Assembly (NCBI GenBank): GCA_025350595.1
Contig: JANXXP010000202.1
Location: 13,393 to 77,392 of the forward strand
DNA length: 64,000 bases
From: Bacteroidota bacterium
Lineage (GTDB): Bacteria; Bacteroidota; Bacteroidia; Bacteroidales; VadinHA17
Reading direction: 5' to 3'
In this document: positions 56,089 to 64,000 of the stretch, piece by piece
Layout: every line of letters begins with the position of its first letter
Numbering within the stretch: the stretch's first letter is position 1
Notes under the pieces: generated by a model
Told to the model about the DNA's origin: nothing
The model's input: the letters and a program-made list of their open reading frames with translations, nothing else
The model's database searches: none
Position numbers and translations under genes: made by a program

Positions 56089-56979
56089 TTATTTTAATTT
56101 AAAATTATAGGTTATTGTTCCTTTTTGTACTTCCGGGGCATCTTGTTTTACTTCGAAAGTGGCTTTCAAAGCAGCTTCTTTAGCAACTTTTAGCAAATTT
56201 TCGTCCAGGGTGGTAGATCCACTTTTACCGGGAGTAGCATTGATTACTTTGCCTGATCTGTCTACAATTACCTCTACTACTACTATTCCATCTTGCTGGA
56301 GCTCGTACTTTGGAAGAGGAATTGACTGGACCTTACGTCCCTCAAGATAATAGGAATACCCTTTATCACCGGTACCTCCTCCTGGTCCATAATTTTTCGA
56401 ATTAATTGAACCATTAGGAACACCCTGATTGCCTGTGCCTCCGGCAATGCCTTCACTAGTTGAATTAGTACCTGCATTCTTTGAATTTGCAAGGGCATTT
56501 TTGGTCCGGTTAATAATATCTGACTGACGCTGCTCTTCTGCTGCAATTCTTTTCCTTTCTATCTCTGCCTGTGCTTTAACTATTCTTTCTGCTTCACGTT
56601 GATCTCTGAGTTTTTGGTCAGCTTCCTTTTTCTCGAGTTTTTTTCTTTCAGCATCAGGATCAACTTTTTTAACCTCAGGAGCCTCTTCAGTATTTTGAGT
56701 AAGTAGCGGGTCTTCAGCTGCTTTTACAGCTGCAGCGGATGGAGGAGGAGCAGTGCTCGCTTCCTGAACAGCGGGAGGAGATGGTTCAATCATTCCAAAA
56801 CCGGTTTCGTCAGTTCCGAAATTTACCAAAATTCCTTCTTCTGATTTAGGTTGTTCTACCGAGAAACTAACAAGAACAAGTAAAGCAAACAATATCAAAT
56901 GTATTGCTGCAGTTCCGGCTATTCCTTTAATTTTTTCGGAAGGAAATTTGCGGATATCGTTATTTTGGTGAGGTTGCAA
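56089..56979 (-). CDS. tonB: TonB-family energy transducer
   Basis: 296 aa with a TTG start. N-terminal anchor GTAAIHLILFALLVLVSF, then a charged Lys/Glu/Ala/Arg linker. The C-terminal TonB domain reads GIVVVEVIVDRSGKVINATPGKSGSTTLDENLLKVAKEAALKATF. Confidence 0.75.
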   Translation of the reverse strand: MQPHQNNDIRKFPSEKIKGIAGTAAIHLILFALLVLVSFSVEQPKSEEGILVNFGTDETGFGMIEPSPPAVQEASTAPPPSAAAVKAAEDPLLTQNTEEAPEVKKVDPDAERKKLEKKEADQKLRDQREAERIVKAQAEIERKRIAAEEQRQSDIINRTKNALANSKNAGTNSTSEGIAGGTGNQGVPNGSINSKNYGPGGGTGDKGYSYYLEGRKVQSIPLPKYELQQDGIVVVEVIVDRSGKVINATPGKSGSTTLDENLLKVAKEAALKATFEVKQDAPEVQKGTITYNFKLK

Positions 56980-57352
56980 TTATCAGTTTATAATTATTTC
57001 TTTGAGCAATATCTGAAATTTTTACGACATTTTCAAATGGGACAATTTTGTCGGCATGAAGCGCTATATAAGTTTCAGGTTTGGCTCCGAGTTTTTGTTT
57101 CAAAACAGATTCAATTTGTTCGAAAGCAACTGGTTGTTGTTCAATAAAATAGTTCAAATCGCTGTTTATTGAAACAGTTGTTTGCGGCTTTGCAGATGTT
57201 TGAGAATTCCCTTTCGGAAGAAGGAGCTTAATTGCAGAGGGATGAACCAATGTTGATGTTAACATAAAGAAAATTAGTGAATTGAAAACAACATCTGTCA
57301 TTACAACCGAACTGAAATTGATACTTATATTATTTCTTTGAGATAGTGCCAT
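56960..57352 (-). CDS. exbD: ExbD/TolR-family biopolymer transport protein
   Basis: 130 aa. It has a single TM with the conserved acidic residue (MTDVVFNSLIFFMLTSTL), followed by VSINSDLNYFIEQQPV...YIALHADKIVPFENVVKISDIA. Confidence 0.75.
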   Translation of the reverse strand: MALSQRNNISINFSSVVMTDVVFNSLIFFMLTSTLVHPSAIKLLLPKGNSQTSAKPQTTVSINSDLNYFIEQQPVAFEQIESVLKQKLGAKPETYIALHADKIVPFENVVKISDIAQRNNYKLIIATSPK

Positions 57353-57504
57353 CTTACCGTACAGTTTTTACCTGAATGTTAATTAGTTTTACAATGCAAT
57401 ATTATCTGGATATCAGTTTATTTAAAGTGCGAAGGTATTAATAAACGCAATTATACCTGTTTCTATTATACCGGGTTAGTAACAATGGTAAACGATTTAT
57501 TAAC

Positions 57505-60500
57505 TTATTCTTTCTTTACGACCGGTACTTCTTCTTTTTTCATGTCAGGTTTGACTTTTTTCCTGAAGAAATCAGAAAACTTAATGAAATCCTGTTTAAA
57601 GAATATTCCTATTCCCTGAGTATATGGTTCAGTCCTTCCTGTATAAGGATTGTTGTACCTGTTAAAGACCTTAAATCTTATTTTCTCAGTTATCTTATAT
57701 TCAATATCAAAATCACCGGTTATTGGAGTGTTGCTGGTTGTGTTCCCAGTCCCTCTTACATCCAGATTACTATTAATTGAAACCTTATCATCCAGTATTT
57801 GTGTGGATAGATTAACCTGTACTTCCTGCGGATCAATAGAACTGTAACCTGGCCGGTAATTAAATCCGATATCGAAATCTCTGCTGATCTGGGATAGCCA
57901 GTTGCTTAGCTGATTGGAGAGCATTTCAGTTGTGGTAACTGCCATAGCTGATGTTCCGGCAGCAGTAGCAGTTGAAGGGCCGGTTGATCCATGAGAGGCA
58001 CCAGCATAAAAGCTATTCGCCACAAGAAGATATGCAAATTGCCGGCTAAGTTCTTCTTCAGTCGATATTGCATTTCGAAGTTGGGTTCTCGTCCTTTCGT
58101 CGGCAGTTGGAAGATAGATATTGAATTCAACAATAGGGTTAAAAAGCTTTCCGGTAAGGTTCAACTGACATTCAACCGGAATCCTGTCTTTATAATCCGG
58201 ATCCTGAAGGATATCAAAAAGGGAGGCTTTCAATTTATATATGGCTTTGATATCAATCTCCGCATTATTAAGATCTCCATTAAACATTATTTTCCCCCCG
58301 TTTTCCACGCGGAATGATTTATTAAGGAAATTACCAAGAGTAAATAGATAGTCACCATCCTCAATTATATAATCACCCGACATTTTAAAATCACCTTTTT
58401 GATTAAGGTTGATATTCAGCTGACCATATCCACGACCTTTCATTACATCACCTAATTTTGAATCGAAAATAATCTGTACTTCCGCATCAGGTGTGACTTC
58501 AAGATCGAAGTTTAAATCCATTCCTGTTTGATTGGGTGAAGAAGGTTCCGGTGATGGTCTTATCCCATCTATACCCGGTAGTAATTTTTTTCTGGAACTA
58601 CTGTCAATAAAAGTGATAAAAGACGATTCTGAAACTGACAAGCCGTTATTTAAAGGGATGAAAAACTTTGTGTTTTTTCCTGTTTTTGCTGATATATCGA
58701 AAGCAAGAGAATTTGGTCCGCTTTTAATAGTTGTAACTCCTGATGCGTAAGCTGTTCCGTAAAATAATGGATTGTCCTTGGCTTTGGTATTGAGTACCAG
58801 GCATTCTTTTGATTTCATATTGATAGTGAGATCAGTACCATATTCAAGAAAATTCTTATGATAAACTGCACCTGAAAGCATTGCACTGTTCCCTTTTTCA
58901 TCAATAAGTTTAACATTATTGAATTTTATTCCGCTATTGTCAAATCTGATGGTGTCAGTCAGTCTGTATTTTGTCTGTAAATAATCAATCTTCAATGATG
59001 CATTTTCGGTCAGAATTGCTCCATTGAGTACAATATTGTCGGGTCCGGCATGAAACTTCACCTTCCCTGAAGCAGTTCCACTAATATCGGAAGCAAATGT
59101 TTTAAGCAAAGGGTTTAAAAAAAGCAATGGCAATTTTGTTGTATTTGCAATGAGGTCAATTTCTGAGGTTGCAGGATCATAAATTCCATCTATGTCAAGC
59201 ATTTTCGCACCATTCAGGTTATTTGTCGCATTGAGTTTTGCTACTTTCTTTGATATGTCCCAATTTGAATTAATTGAAATATTACCAAACTCGGTTCCCA
59301 GGATAGAAAAATTATTTACAATAATATTACTCTCCAGTAACGGATTTTTGTAAACATTTGTTATCAATATTTTCCCATTCAGACGGCCTTTGATATTTAG
59401 CTGAATTGCAGTGCTGTCATTATTATTGACCAGGTAATTCAATGGTGCAATATCAATTCCCTTAAATTCCAGATGCAAGGTATCAGAAGGATTGTTCGAC
59501 ACAGAACCATCAATCAGGTAGAATCTGTCTTTGCTGCTTATATATAGTCTGCTTACATTAATTGCGTTTGAATCCGCAACTATTGTTGAGTGACTAATCT
59601 TCCATAGGGTGTTCCTTGAATATAGTTCAGAAGAATCGATATCAACTTTCAGAATTGCATTTCCTTTCCCAATTCCAGAGGTGTTTTCTGTTATCGACCC
59701 CCTGGCAATTATGTTTCCCTGATTAAGAATTTTTTCTTTATTATCCCAATTTACAGTTAAAATGAAATTATCAGGTTTTGTTTTTAATCTGATTGAGAAA
59801 CCCTTTTGTTCAGATTGTCCTAGAATACTAAGGGATGAAGTATTAATTCCTGCTGATAGTTCAGACCCTGTAATATTTGCGTCAAACCGGAAATCTTTTA
59901 TAGTTAAATTATTTATTGTAAGCAACTTTGAATAACTGTTTATCCTGATCGAACTGTCGGGGGTAACTGAACCATTAATATTACTTTTATCAGCCAGTAA
60001 TAATCCTGTTCTGAAAAATTCATTTATTTTATCTGTATTCTTAAAATTTATATTGAAAGTGAAATTATTTTTTTTCAGTTCCTCACGTTGCTTATTTGGC
60101 TTAAATTGTGAAGGCATGAGAGTTGAAAGTCTCGATTTGATTAAAGCTCCTAAAGCTGCAAAATTATAGTAACCTTTTATATCTGCATCAATAAAATCTG
60201 TGCGCAGACTTAAAACAGGTTTGTTGTTTTCAGAATGGGTCTTTATTGAAAAGTCATAAAGATCGAGGTTTTTATTATACTTTGTAAAAGTGGAGTTAAG
60301 AAGTCTTATTTCACCATCGAGGTTATCGATACTGTTCCCCTTAAAATTTGAAGTCAGAAGTATCGTCAGAGATGATGTAGTATCGAGCATGTCAAAATTT
60401 AGTTTATAGAGATTGGCATCAGAAATGTTTAAAGTGAAATCAAATTCCGGAAGTTTATTTTTAAAGTTCAGTGACCCCAGAAGATCCAGTTTAATGTTTT

Positions 60501-61953
60501 TGTCTAGTATATTTATACTTCCATCCCAGGTCTTTTCTGTAAAAGATCCATTTAGAGATACATTCCGGTAGTTGTATTTATTTATCTCAATACTGTCAAT
60601 AGTACCAGTCAGATTCCCTTCAAATTTTTTAAATGAGTAAGCGTAACCGTCAATATTGGTTTTCATACTTAATTTCCCCAGAAGAGCTGTATTGTCAGAC
60701 AGTACTCCCAGATCAATATTATTTCCTGTAAGAAGTCCTTTTATTCTGTATTTTTTTGATGGTTCCGGTCTTAGGGAGATGTCAGTACTCAAACTACCCA
60801 GGCTGGTTCTGAATTTACCATAGGTAACAAAATCAGTTAAAAACCCCGTGAAGCTGCCATCGAAGGATATATTTCCAAGTTTGTAAAGAACATCGGGAAC
60901 AATGATTAATCCGGTTTTCGGCAAAACTATCTTCTCCAGATCCTTTGCGTTTGTTTTCAGGCTATTAACTCCGATATATAAATAAGTATTTTCTATTTCA
61001 GGTAAACCCGATAAATCAAAATCACATTTTAAATAAGTATAGTCTCTGTAAGTAAATTCTATATTACGTCCTCTTAATTCCGAAATTGTACCGTATATCC
61101 TGCCAGACAAAAAAACTGATTCATTCAGGCTGTCAATTCCAGGAACAAAGTACTTGAGATCTAATGTATTAATCAGAGATTTATCAAGCTGGATATTGAG
61201 TTTTACCTTTTCTGTAAACTTATCATATGATCCTGTTGAATCGGGATATATACCAAGTTTTGGAATATTTAATATACTGCTGTCACAGGTTAAAAACAGT
61301 GACTTGAAAAGGATGCTTCCTTTAGATAAACTTACAGAAGTGCTCAATCTTTTCACTAAAAGTCCACAGGCTTCTTTTAATCCCAGGTTGTAGACATTAA
61401 ACGATGTTGTATCATTCAAGATTTTAAAATCTTCTATAATACCACTTATCCCGCTAAGGTTGATATTGTTAAAATCAAGTTTATTATTACTTACCGGGCC
61501 GTTATGGTCAATAAGCGAAAATCGCGCATCACTTATATCAATCTGATCTATTGATAATTGACTTCCGGCTTTGGTTGTTGTATCATTAGGATTTTTTAAC
61601 TTATTCAGGTACCAGGTCAGGTTCATCATTCCTGTGGAGTCCGTTATGAACTTGACAACTGGCTTTATTAAAGTTACTCTTCCCAGTCTGAAAGACATAT
61701 TTCTTAAATCGAGTCTTTTAATACCTGTTGTAACTCCCGGAGAATAAAGCAGTGTGTCATTATTTTGATCTTTGATTAAAAGATCGCTGATTATCAGATT
61801 GTTGAAAAATTTATACTTGATTTTCCCGACAGATATAGTTGAATTAAAGTTTTGTGAGAGTTGATTTGTGATCCTCCTTATGACAAAAGTCTGAACTTCT
61901 GATATCTGTAAGGCCAGATAAAAGACAGTTGGGAGCATTATTACCACTCCCAA
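57505..61953 (-). CDS. tamB: Translocation and assembly module protein TamB (AsmA-like, DUF490 C-terminus)
   Basis: 1482 aa with an N-terminal signal anchor and a very long Asn/Ser/Ile-rich beta-rich body. The DUF490-like C-terminus reads ...LNLTGKLFNPIVEFNIYLP...QFAYLLV...INSNLDV...FDIEYKITEKIRFKVFNR. The track start is a TTG at 61953. The frame is open up to 61998, and an ATT at 61986 would give a much better signal anchor (see findings). Confidence 0.8.
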   Translation of the reverse strand: MGVVIMLPTVFYLALQISEVQTFVIRRITNQLSQNFNSTISVGKIKYKFFNNLIISDLLIKDQNNDTLLYSPGVTTGIKRLDLRNMSFRLGRVTLIKPVVKFITDSTGMMNLTWYLNKLKNPNDTTTKAGSQLSIDQIDISDARFSLIDHNGPVSNNKLDFNNINLSGISGIIEDFKILNDTTSFNVYNLGLKEACGLLVKRLSTSVSLSKGSILFKSLFLTCDSSILNIPKLGIYPDSTGSYDKFTEKVKLNIQLDKSLINTLDLKYFVPGIDSLNESVFLSGRIYGTISELRGRNIEFTYRDYTYLKCDFDLSGLPEIENTYLYIGVNSLKTNAKDLEKIVLPKTGLIIVPDVLYKLGNISFDGSFTGFLTDFVTYGKFRTSLGSLSTDISLRPEPSKKYRIKGLLTGNNIDLGVLSDNTALLGKLSMKTNIDGYAYSFKKFEGNLTGTIDSIEINKYNYRNVSLNGSFTEKTWDGSINILDKNIKLDLLGSLNFKNKLPEFDFTLNISDANLYKLNFDMLDTTSSLTILLTSNFKGNSIDNLDGEIRLLNSTFTKYNKNLDLYDFSIKTHSENNKPVLSLRTDFIDADIKGYYNFAALGALIKSRLSTLMPSQFKPNKQREELKKNNFTFNINFKNTDKINEFFRTGLLLADKSNINGSVTPDSSIRINSYSKLLTINNLTIKDFRFDANITGSELSAGINTSSLSILGQSEQKGFSIRLKTKPDNFILTVNWDNKEKILNQGNIIARGSITENTSGIGKGNAILKVDIDSSELYSRNTLWKISHSTIVADSNAINVSRLYISSKDRFYLIDGSVSNNPSDTLHLEFKGIDIAPLNYLVNNNDSTAIQLNIKGRLNGKILITNVYKNPLLESNIIVNNFSILGTEFGNISINSNWDISKKVAKLNATNNLNGAKMLDIDGIYDPATSEIDLIANTTKLPLLFLNPLLKTFASDISGTASGKVKFHAGPDNIVLNGAILTENASLKIDYLQTKYRLTDTIRFDNSGIKFNNVKLIDEKGNSAMLSGAVYHKNFLEYGTDLTINMKSKECLVLNTKAKDNPLFYGTAYASGVTTIKSGPNSLAFDISAKTGKNTKFFIPLNNGLSVSESSFITFIDSSSRKKLLPGIDGIRPSPEPSSPNQTGMDLNFDLEVTPDAEVQIIFDSKLGDVMKGRGYGQLNINLNQKGDFKMSGDYIIEDGDYLFTLGNFLNKSFRVENGGKIMFNGDLNNAEIDIKAIYKLKASLFDILQDPDYKDRIPVECQLNLTGKLFNPIVEFNIYLPTADERTRTQLRNAISTEEELSRQFAYLLVANSFYAGASHGSTGPSTATAAGTSAMAVTTTEMLSNQLSNWLSQISRDFDIGFNYRPGYSSIDPQEVQVNLSTQILDDKVSINSNLDVRGTGNTTSNTPITGDFDIEYKITEKIRFKVFNRYNNPYTGRTEPYTQGIGIFFKQDFIKFSDFFRKKVKPDMKKEEVPVVKKE

Positions 61954-62060
61954 AAATATAATAATATACTTAAGTGATTTTTTAATATTTTTGAGCTTTG
62001 AAAATGGTTAAAAAATCAAGAATCAAAATAACCTAAAATATACCGAAAAACAAAGTATCG

Positions 62061-63074
62061 ATGTCAGTTACAATCTTAGCCATAGAATCGTCGTGTGATG
62101 ATACTTCCGTTGCAGTAATAAGAGACGGATATGTTCTGTCGAATCTTATCGCAAATCAGGATATTCACATGTCGTATGGAGGTGTTGTACCTGAACTCGC
62201 CTCAAGGGCACACCAGGCAAATATCGTGCCTGTAACGCATCAGGCAATAAAAAACGCCGGAATAAAAGTTGAAGAGATCAATGCTGTTGCATTTACACGA
62301 GGTCCTGGTCTTCTTGGATCGCTATTGGTTGGGACATCTTTTGCAAAAGGTTTTGCTCTTGCTCTCGATATACCTCTTATTGAAGTAAATCATCTTCAGG
62401 CTCATGTTATGGCTCACTTCATTCTTGATAAGGATAAGGAAAACAGAATTCCTTCATTTCCGTTTTTATGTCTGCTTGTTTCCGGAGGGCATACAAGGAT
62501 CATTGTTATGAAAAGTCATCTTGAGATGGAAGTTATCGGAAATACAATTGATGATGCAGCTGGAGAAGCTTTTGATAAGTGCGGTAAAGTGATGGGGTTC
62601 CCTTATCCTGCCGGACCGCTGATCGATAAACTTGCGAAAGAGGGCAATAAAAATGCATACACTTTTGCCAGGCCTTCAGTAAAAGGACTTGATTTCAGTT
62701 TTAGCGGCTTAAAAACAAGTTTTCTCTATTTTCTAAGGGACAGAATTAAGGAAGATCCCGATTTCATTGAAAAACATAAAGCCGATCTGTGTGCTTCTCT
62801 GCAGCATGTGATTGTAAGTATCCTTATAGGAAAACTTACAAAAGCTTCATTGCAGACCGGGATCTCTGAAATAGGAATTGCAGGTGGTGTTTCAGCAAAT
62901 TCAGGATTAAGGAACGGAATGAAAGATGAAGCTGAGAAAAGAAACTGGAACCTTTTTATCCCTGAATTTAAATATACTACAGATAACGCGGCCATGATAG
63001 GTATCACGGGTTATTATAAGTATCTCAGAGGAGAATTTTCAGGTCAGGATGTCACTCCTTTGGCCAGGTTGTAG
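62061..63074 (+). CDS. tsaD: tRNA N6-adenosine threonylcarbamoyltransferase
   Basis: 337 aa. ILAIESSCDDTSVAV, HMSYGGVVPELASRAH, LVSGGHT, GVSAN. Confidence 0.92.
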   Translation: MSVTILAIESSCDDTSVAVIRDGYVLSNLIANQDIHMSYGGVVPELASRAHQANIVPVTHQAIKNAGIKVEEINAVAFTRGPGLLGSLLVGTSFAKGFALALDIPLIEVNHLQAHVMAHFILDKDKENRIPSFPFLCLLVSGGHTRIIVMKSHLEMEVIGNTIDDAAGEAFDKCGKVMGFPYPAGPLIDKLAKEGNKNAYTFARPSVKGLDFSFSGLKTSFLYFLRDRIKEDPDFIEKHKADLCASLQHVIVSILIGKLTKASLQTGISEIGIAGGVSANSGLRNGMKDEAEKRNWNLFIPEFKYTTDNAAMIGITGYYKYLRGEFSGQDVTPLARL

Positions 63075-63095
63075 TGATGAGCGAAAAATGAATAA

Positions 63096-63124
63096 AAACA
63101 ATAAAAATATTTACATTATTGTTT
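63096..63124 (+). terminator. Weak AT-rich hairpin after tsaD
   Basis: AAACAATAA (63096..63104) pairs with TTATTGTTT (63116..63124), with an 11-nt loop. The stem is all A/T apart from one G-C pair, and there is no separate U-tract. Confidence 0.25.
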
Positions 63125-63166
63125 ACACTGATATAAATTAATTAAATTCGGGACAAATTATTTTAG

Positions 63167-63541
63167 ATGAAGGAGCTGAGAATTGCACCGACAAAGACAT
63201 CGCCGGAAATTATTTTAAATCCTGATGGGATTGTTAAAATCAGGGGACGTTCAATACATGAGAACGTGACTGATTTTTTTACTCCTGTTGAGGATTGGAT
63301 ATCCGGATATATTCTTGTGCCGGCTGAAGTTACCTGCGTGGATCTTAATCTTGAATATTTTAACAGTGCCAGCGCCAAAGTGCTAATTCATCTGTTACAA
63401 AAAATTACTTATGTTTCATTGAAGCATAAGAAATTCATTATCAACTGGTATTATGAAGATGGTGATGAGGATATTTATGAACGAGGAGAGTACTTTGCTT
63501 CAGTTCTGGATGTTCCTTTCCATTTTATAAAACTCAACTGA
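63167..63541 (+). CDS. DUF1987 / SiaC-like protein
   Basis: 124 aa. LRIAPTKTSPEIILNPDGIVKIRGRSIHENVTDFFTPVEDWI...LNLEYFNSASAKVLIHLL resembles the DUF1987 (SiaC) pattern, recalled from memory. Confidence 0.55.
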   Translation: MKELRIAPTKTSPEIILNPDGIVKIRGRSIHENVTDFFTPVEDWISGYILVPAEVTCVDLNLEYFNSASAKVLIHLLQKITYVSLKHKKFIINWYYEDGDEDIYERGEYFASVLDVPFHFIKLN

Positions 63542-63563
63542 TTACCTGCAGAGTGACGCAGAG

Positions 63564-64000
63564 TTAATCCTTATGGGTCTCTGATTTCTTTCTATTCTTC
63601 CTTGACGTCTCCAGGTAAGCCCTGAAAAAGATAAAAGTAACTGCGAAGAAAATCAAACCAACTAACAGAAGCCCAAGGAAAGCAACAATTGAAGGTTTAT
63701 CATCACCTGGATAAGGGTTTTTGAGCCTGTAAGTATAACCAGATATCGTATAAACAATTATCATAATAGAAGTAATAAAACAGATGACGAGTGTTGTTCC
63801 GTCAAATATTCTGGTGGTTTTGTAGAACTTTGTATTTTTGAAAGAAGAATATGATGTCCGGGCATAAGCCTTTGCTCGTTTGTGTGATCTGTCCTGCCGG
63901 TATTTCCGCCAATCCTCCATTGCTTGTTTATAAGCCTGATCGTCAGTATTTAGTGTATCATGATTTGTAATAAGGAAATCGTATGCCTCAGTTACTCCAA
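63564..64000 (-). CDS. Membrane protein, 5' end outside the window (upstream part may be the end of a J-domain)
   Basis: The track ORF (63564..63920) starts at an internal Met. The same frame stays open to the window end and reads GVTEAYDFLITNHDTLNTDDQAYKQAMEDWRKYRQ... It is followed by two TM helices (LVICFITSIMIIVYTI, IVAFLGLLLVGLIFFAVTFIFF). Confidence 0.55.
   Translation of the reverse strand, partial: GVTEAYDFLITNHDTLNTDDQAYKQAMEDWRKYRQDRSHKRAKAYARTSYSSFKNTKFYKTTRIFDGTTLVICFITSIMIIVYTISGYTYRLKNPYPGDDKPSIVAFLGLLLVGLIFFAVTFIFFRAYLETSRKNRKKSETHKD

Noticed and set aside
1-64000. Mobile elements, prophage, defence islands, tRNA/rRNA genes
   Set aside because: I found no transposase, phage-like or restriction/Cas-type signatures in any translated frame, and the only integrase-family gene is the xerD already called as housekeeping. 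No cloverleaf-like or rRNA-like conserved sequence was seen in the intergenic regions. Absence is by inspection only. tRNAscan/Infernal and defence-finder runs would be the proper test.

Overview
AT-rich Bacteroidota-type chromosomal segment, identified by two T9SS type-B C-terminal sorting domains, TAnnTTTG -7 promoter boxes, TonB/ExbD, TamB and SPOR/TPR lipoproteins. It is densely packed with about 57 protein-coding genes, most of them housekeeping: ppdK, xerD, aroQ, pyk, nth, ABC-F, aroB, aroC, tilS, a peroxiredoxin, proS, purA, fur, relA/spoT, an M16 peptidase pair, ClC, glyA, tsaD. I saw no rRNA, tRNA, CRISPR array, transposase, prophage or recognisable defence genes. Six things are not ordinary. 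(1) The nickel-pincer-cofactor genes larC-larB (plus a coupled WbqC-family ORF) sit back-to-back with a Tat-exported DUF362 protein and a membrane polyferredoxin. The DUF362 protein shows a LarA-like His-x9-Lys spacing, and no LarA or LarE is in the window. This is my best candidate for an undescribed system, a periplasmic NPN-dependent redox module. (2) Two tandem exported proteins are almost pure low complexity, with Tyr/Gly/Asn-rich blocks and Ser/Arg/Asn tails that both end in GRR. They contain 12-bp and 60-bp tandem repeats and are followed by a FadL/PorV-like outer-membrane barrel. (3) A decayed methylmalonyl-CoA decarboxylase operon has an intact epimerase, a carboxyltransferase cut at about codon 205-213 and joined directly to a frameshifted biotin-carrier remnant. 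It abuts a citD-citE fusion, citF and an unlisted rubredoxin. (4) A roughly 130-nt GC-run palindromic intergenic element occurs twice, upstream of ppdK and of relA/spoT. (5) tamB probably starts at a non-canonical ATT codon. (6) An exbD-tonB pair lies directly behind tamB with no adjacent exbB. All product calls rest on motif-level reading of translations. No database search was run.
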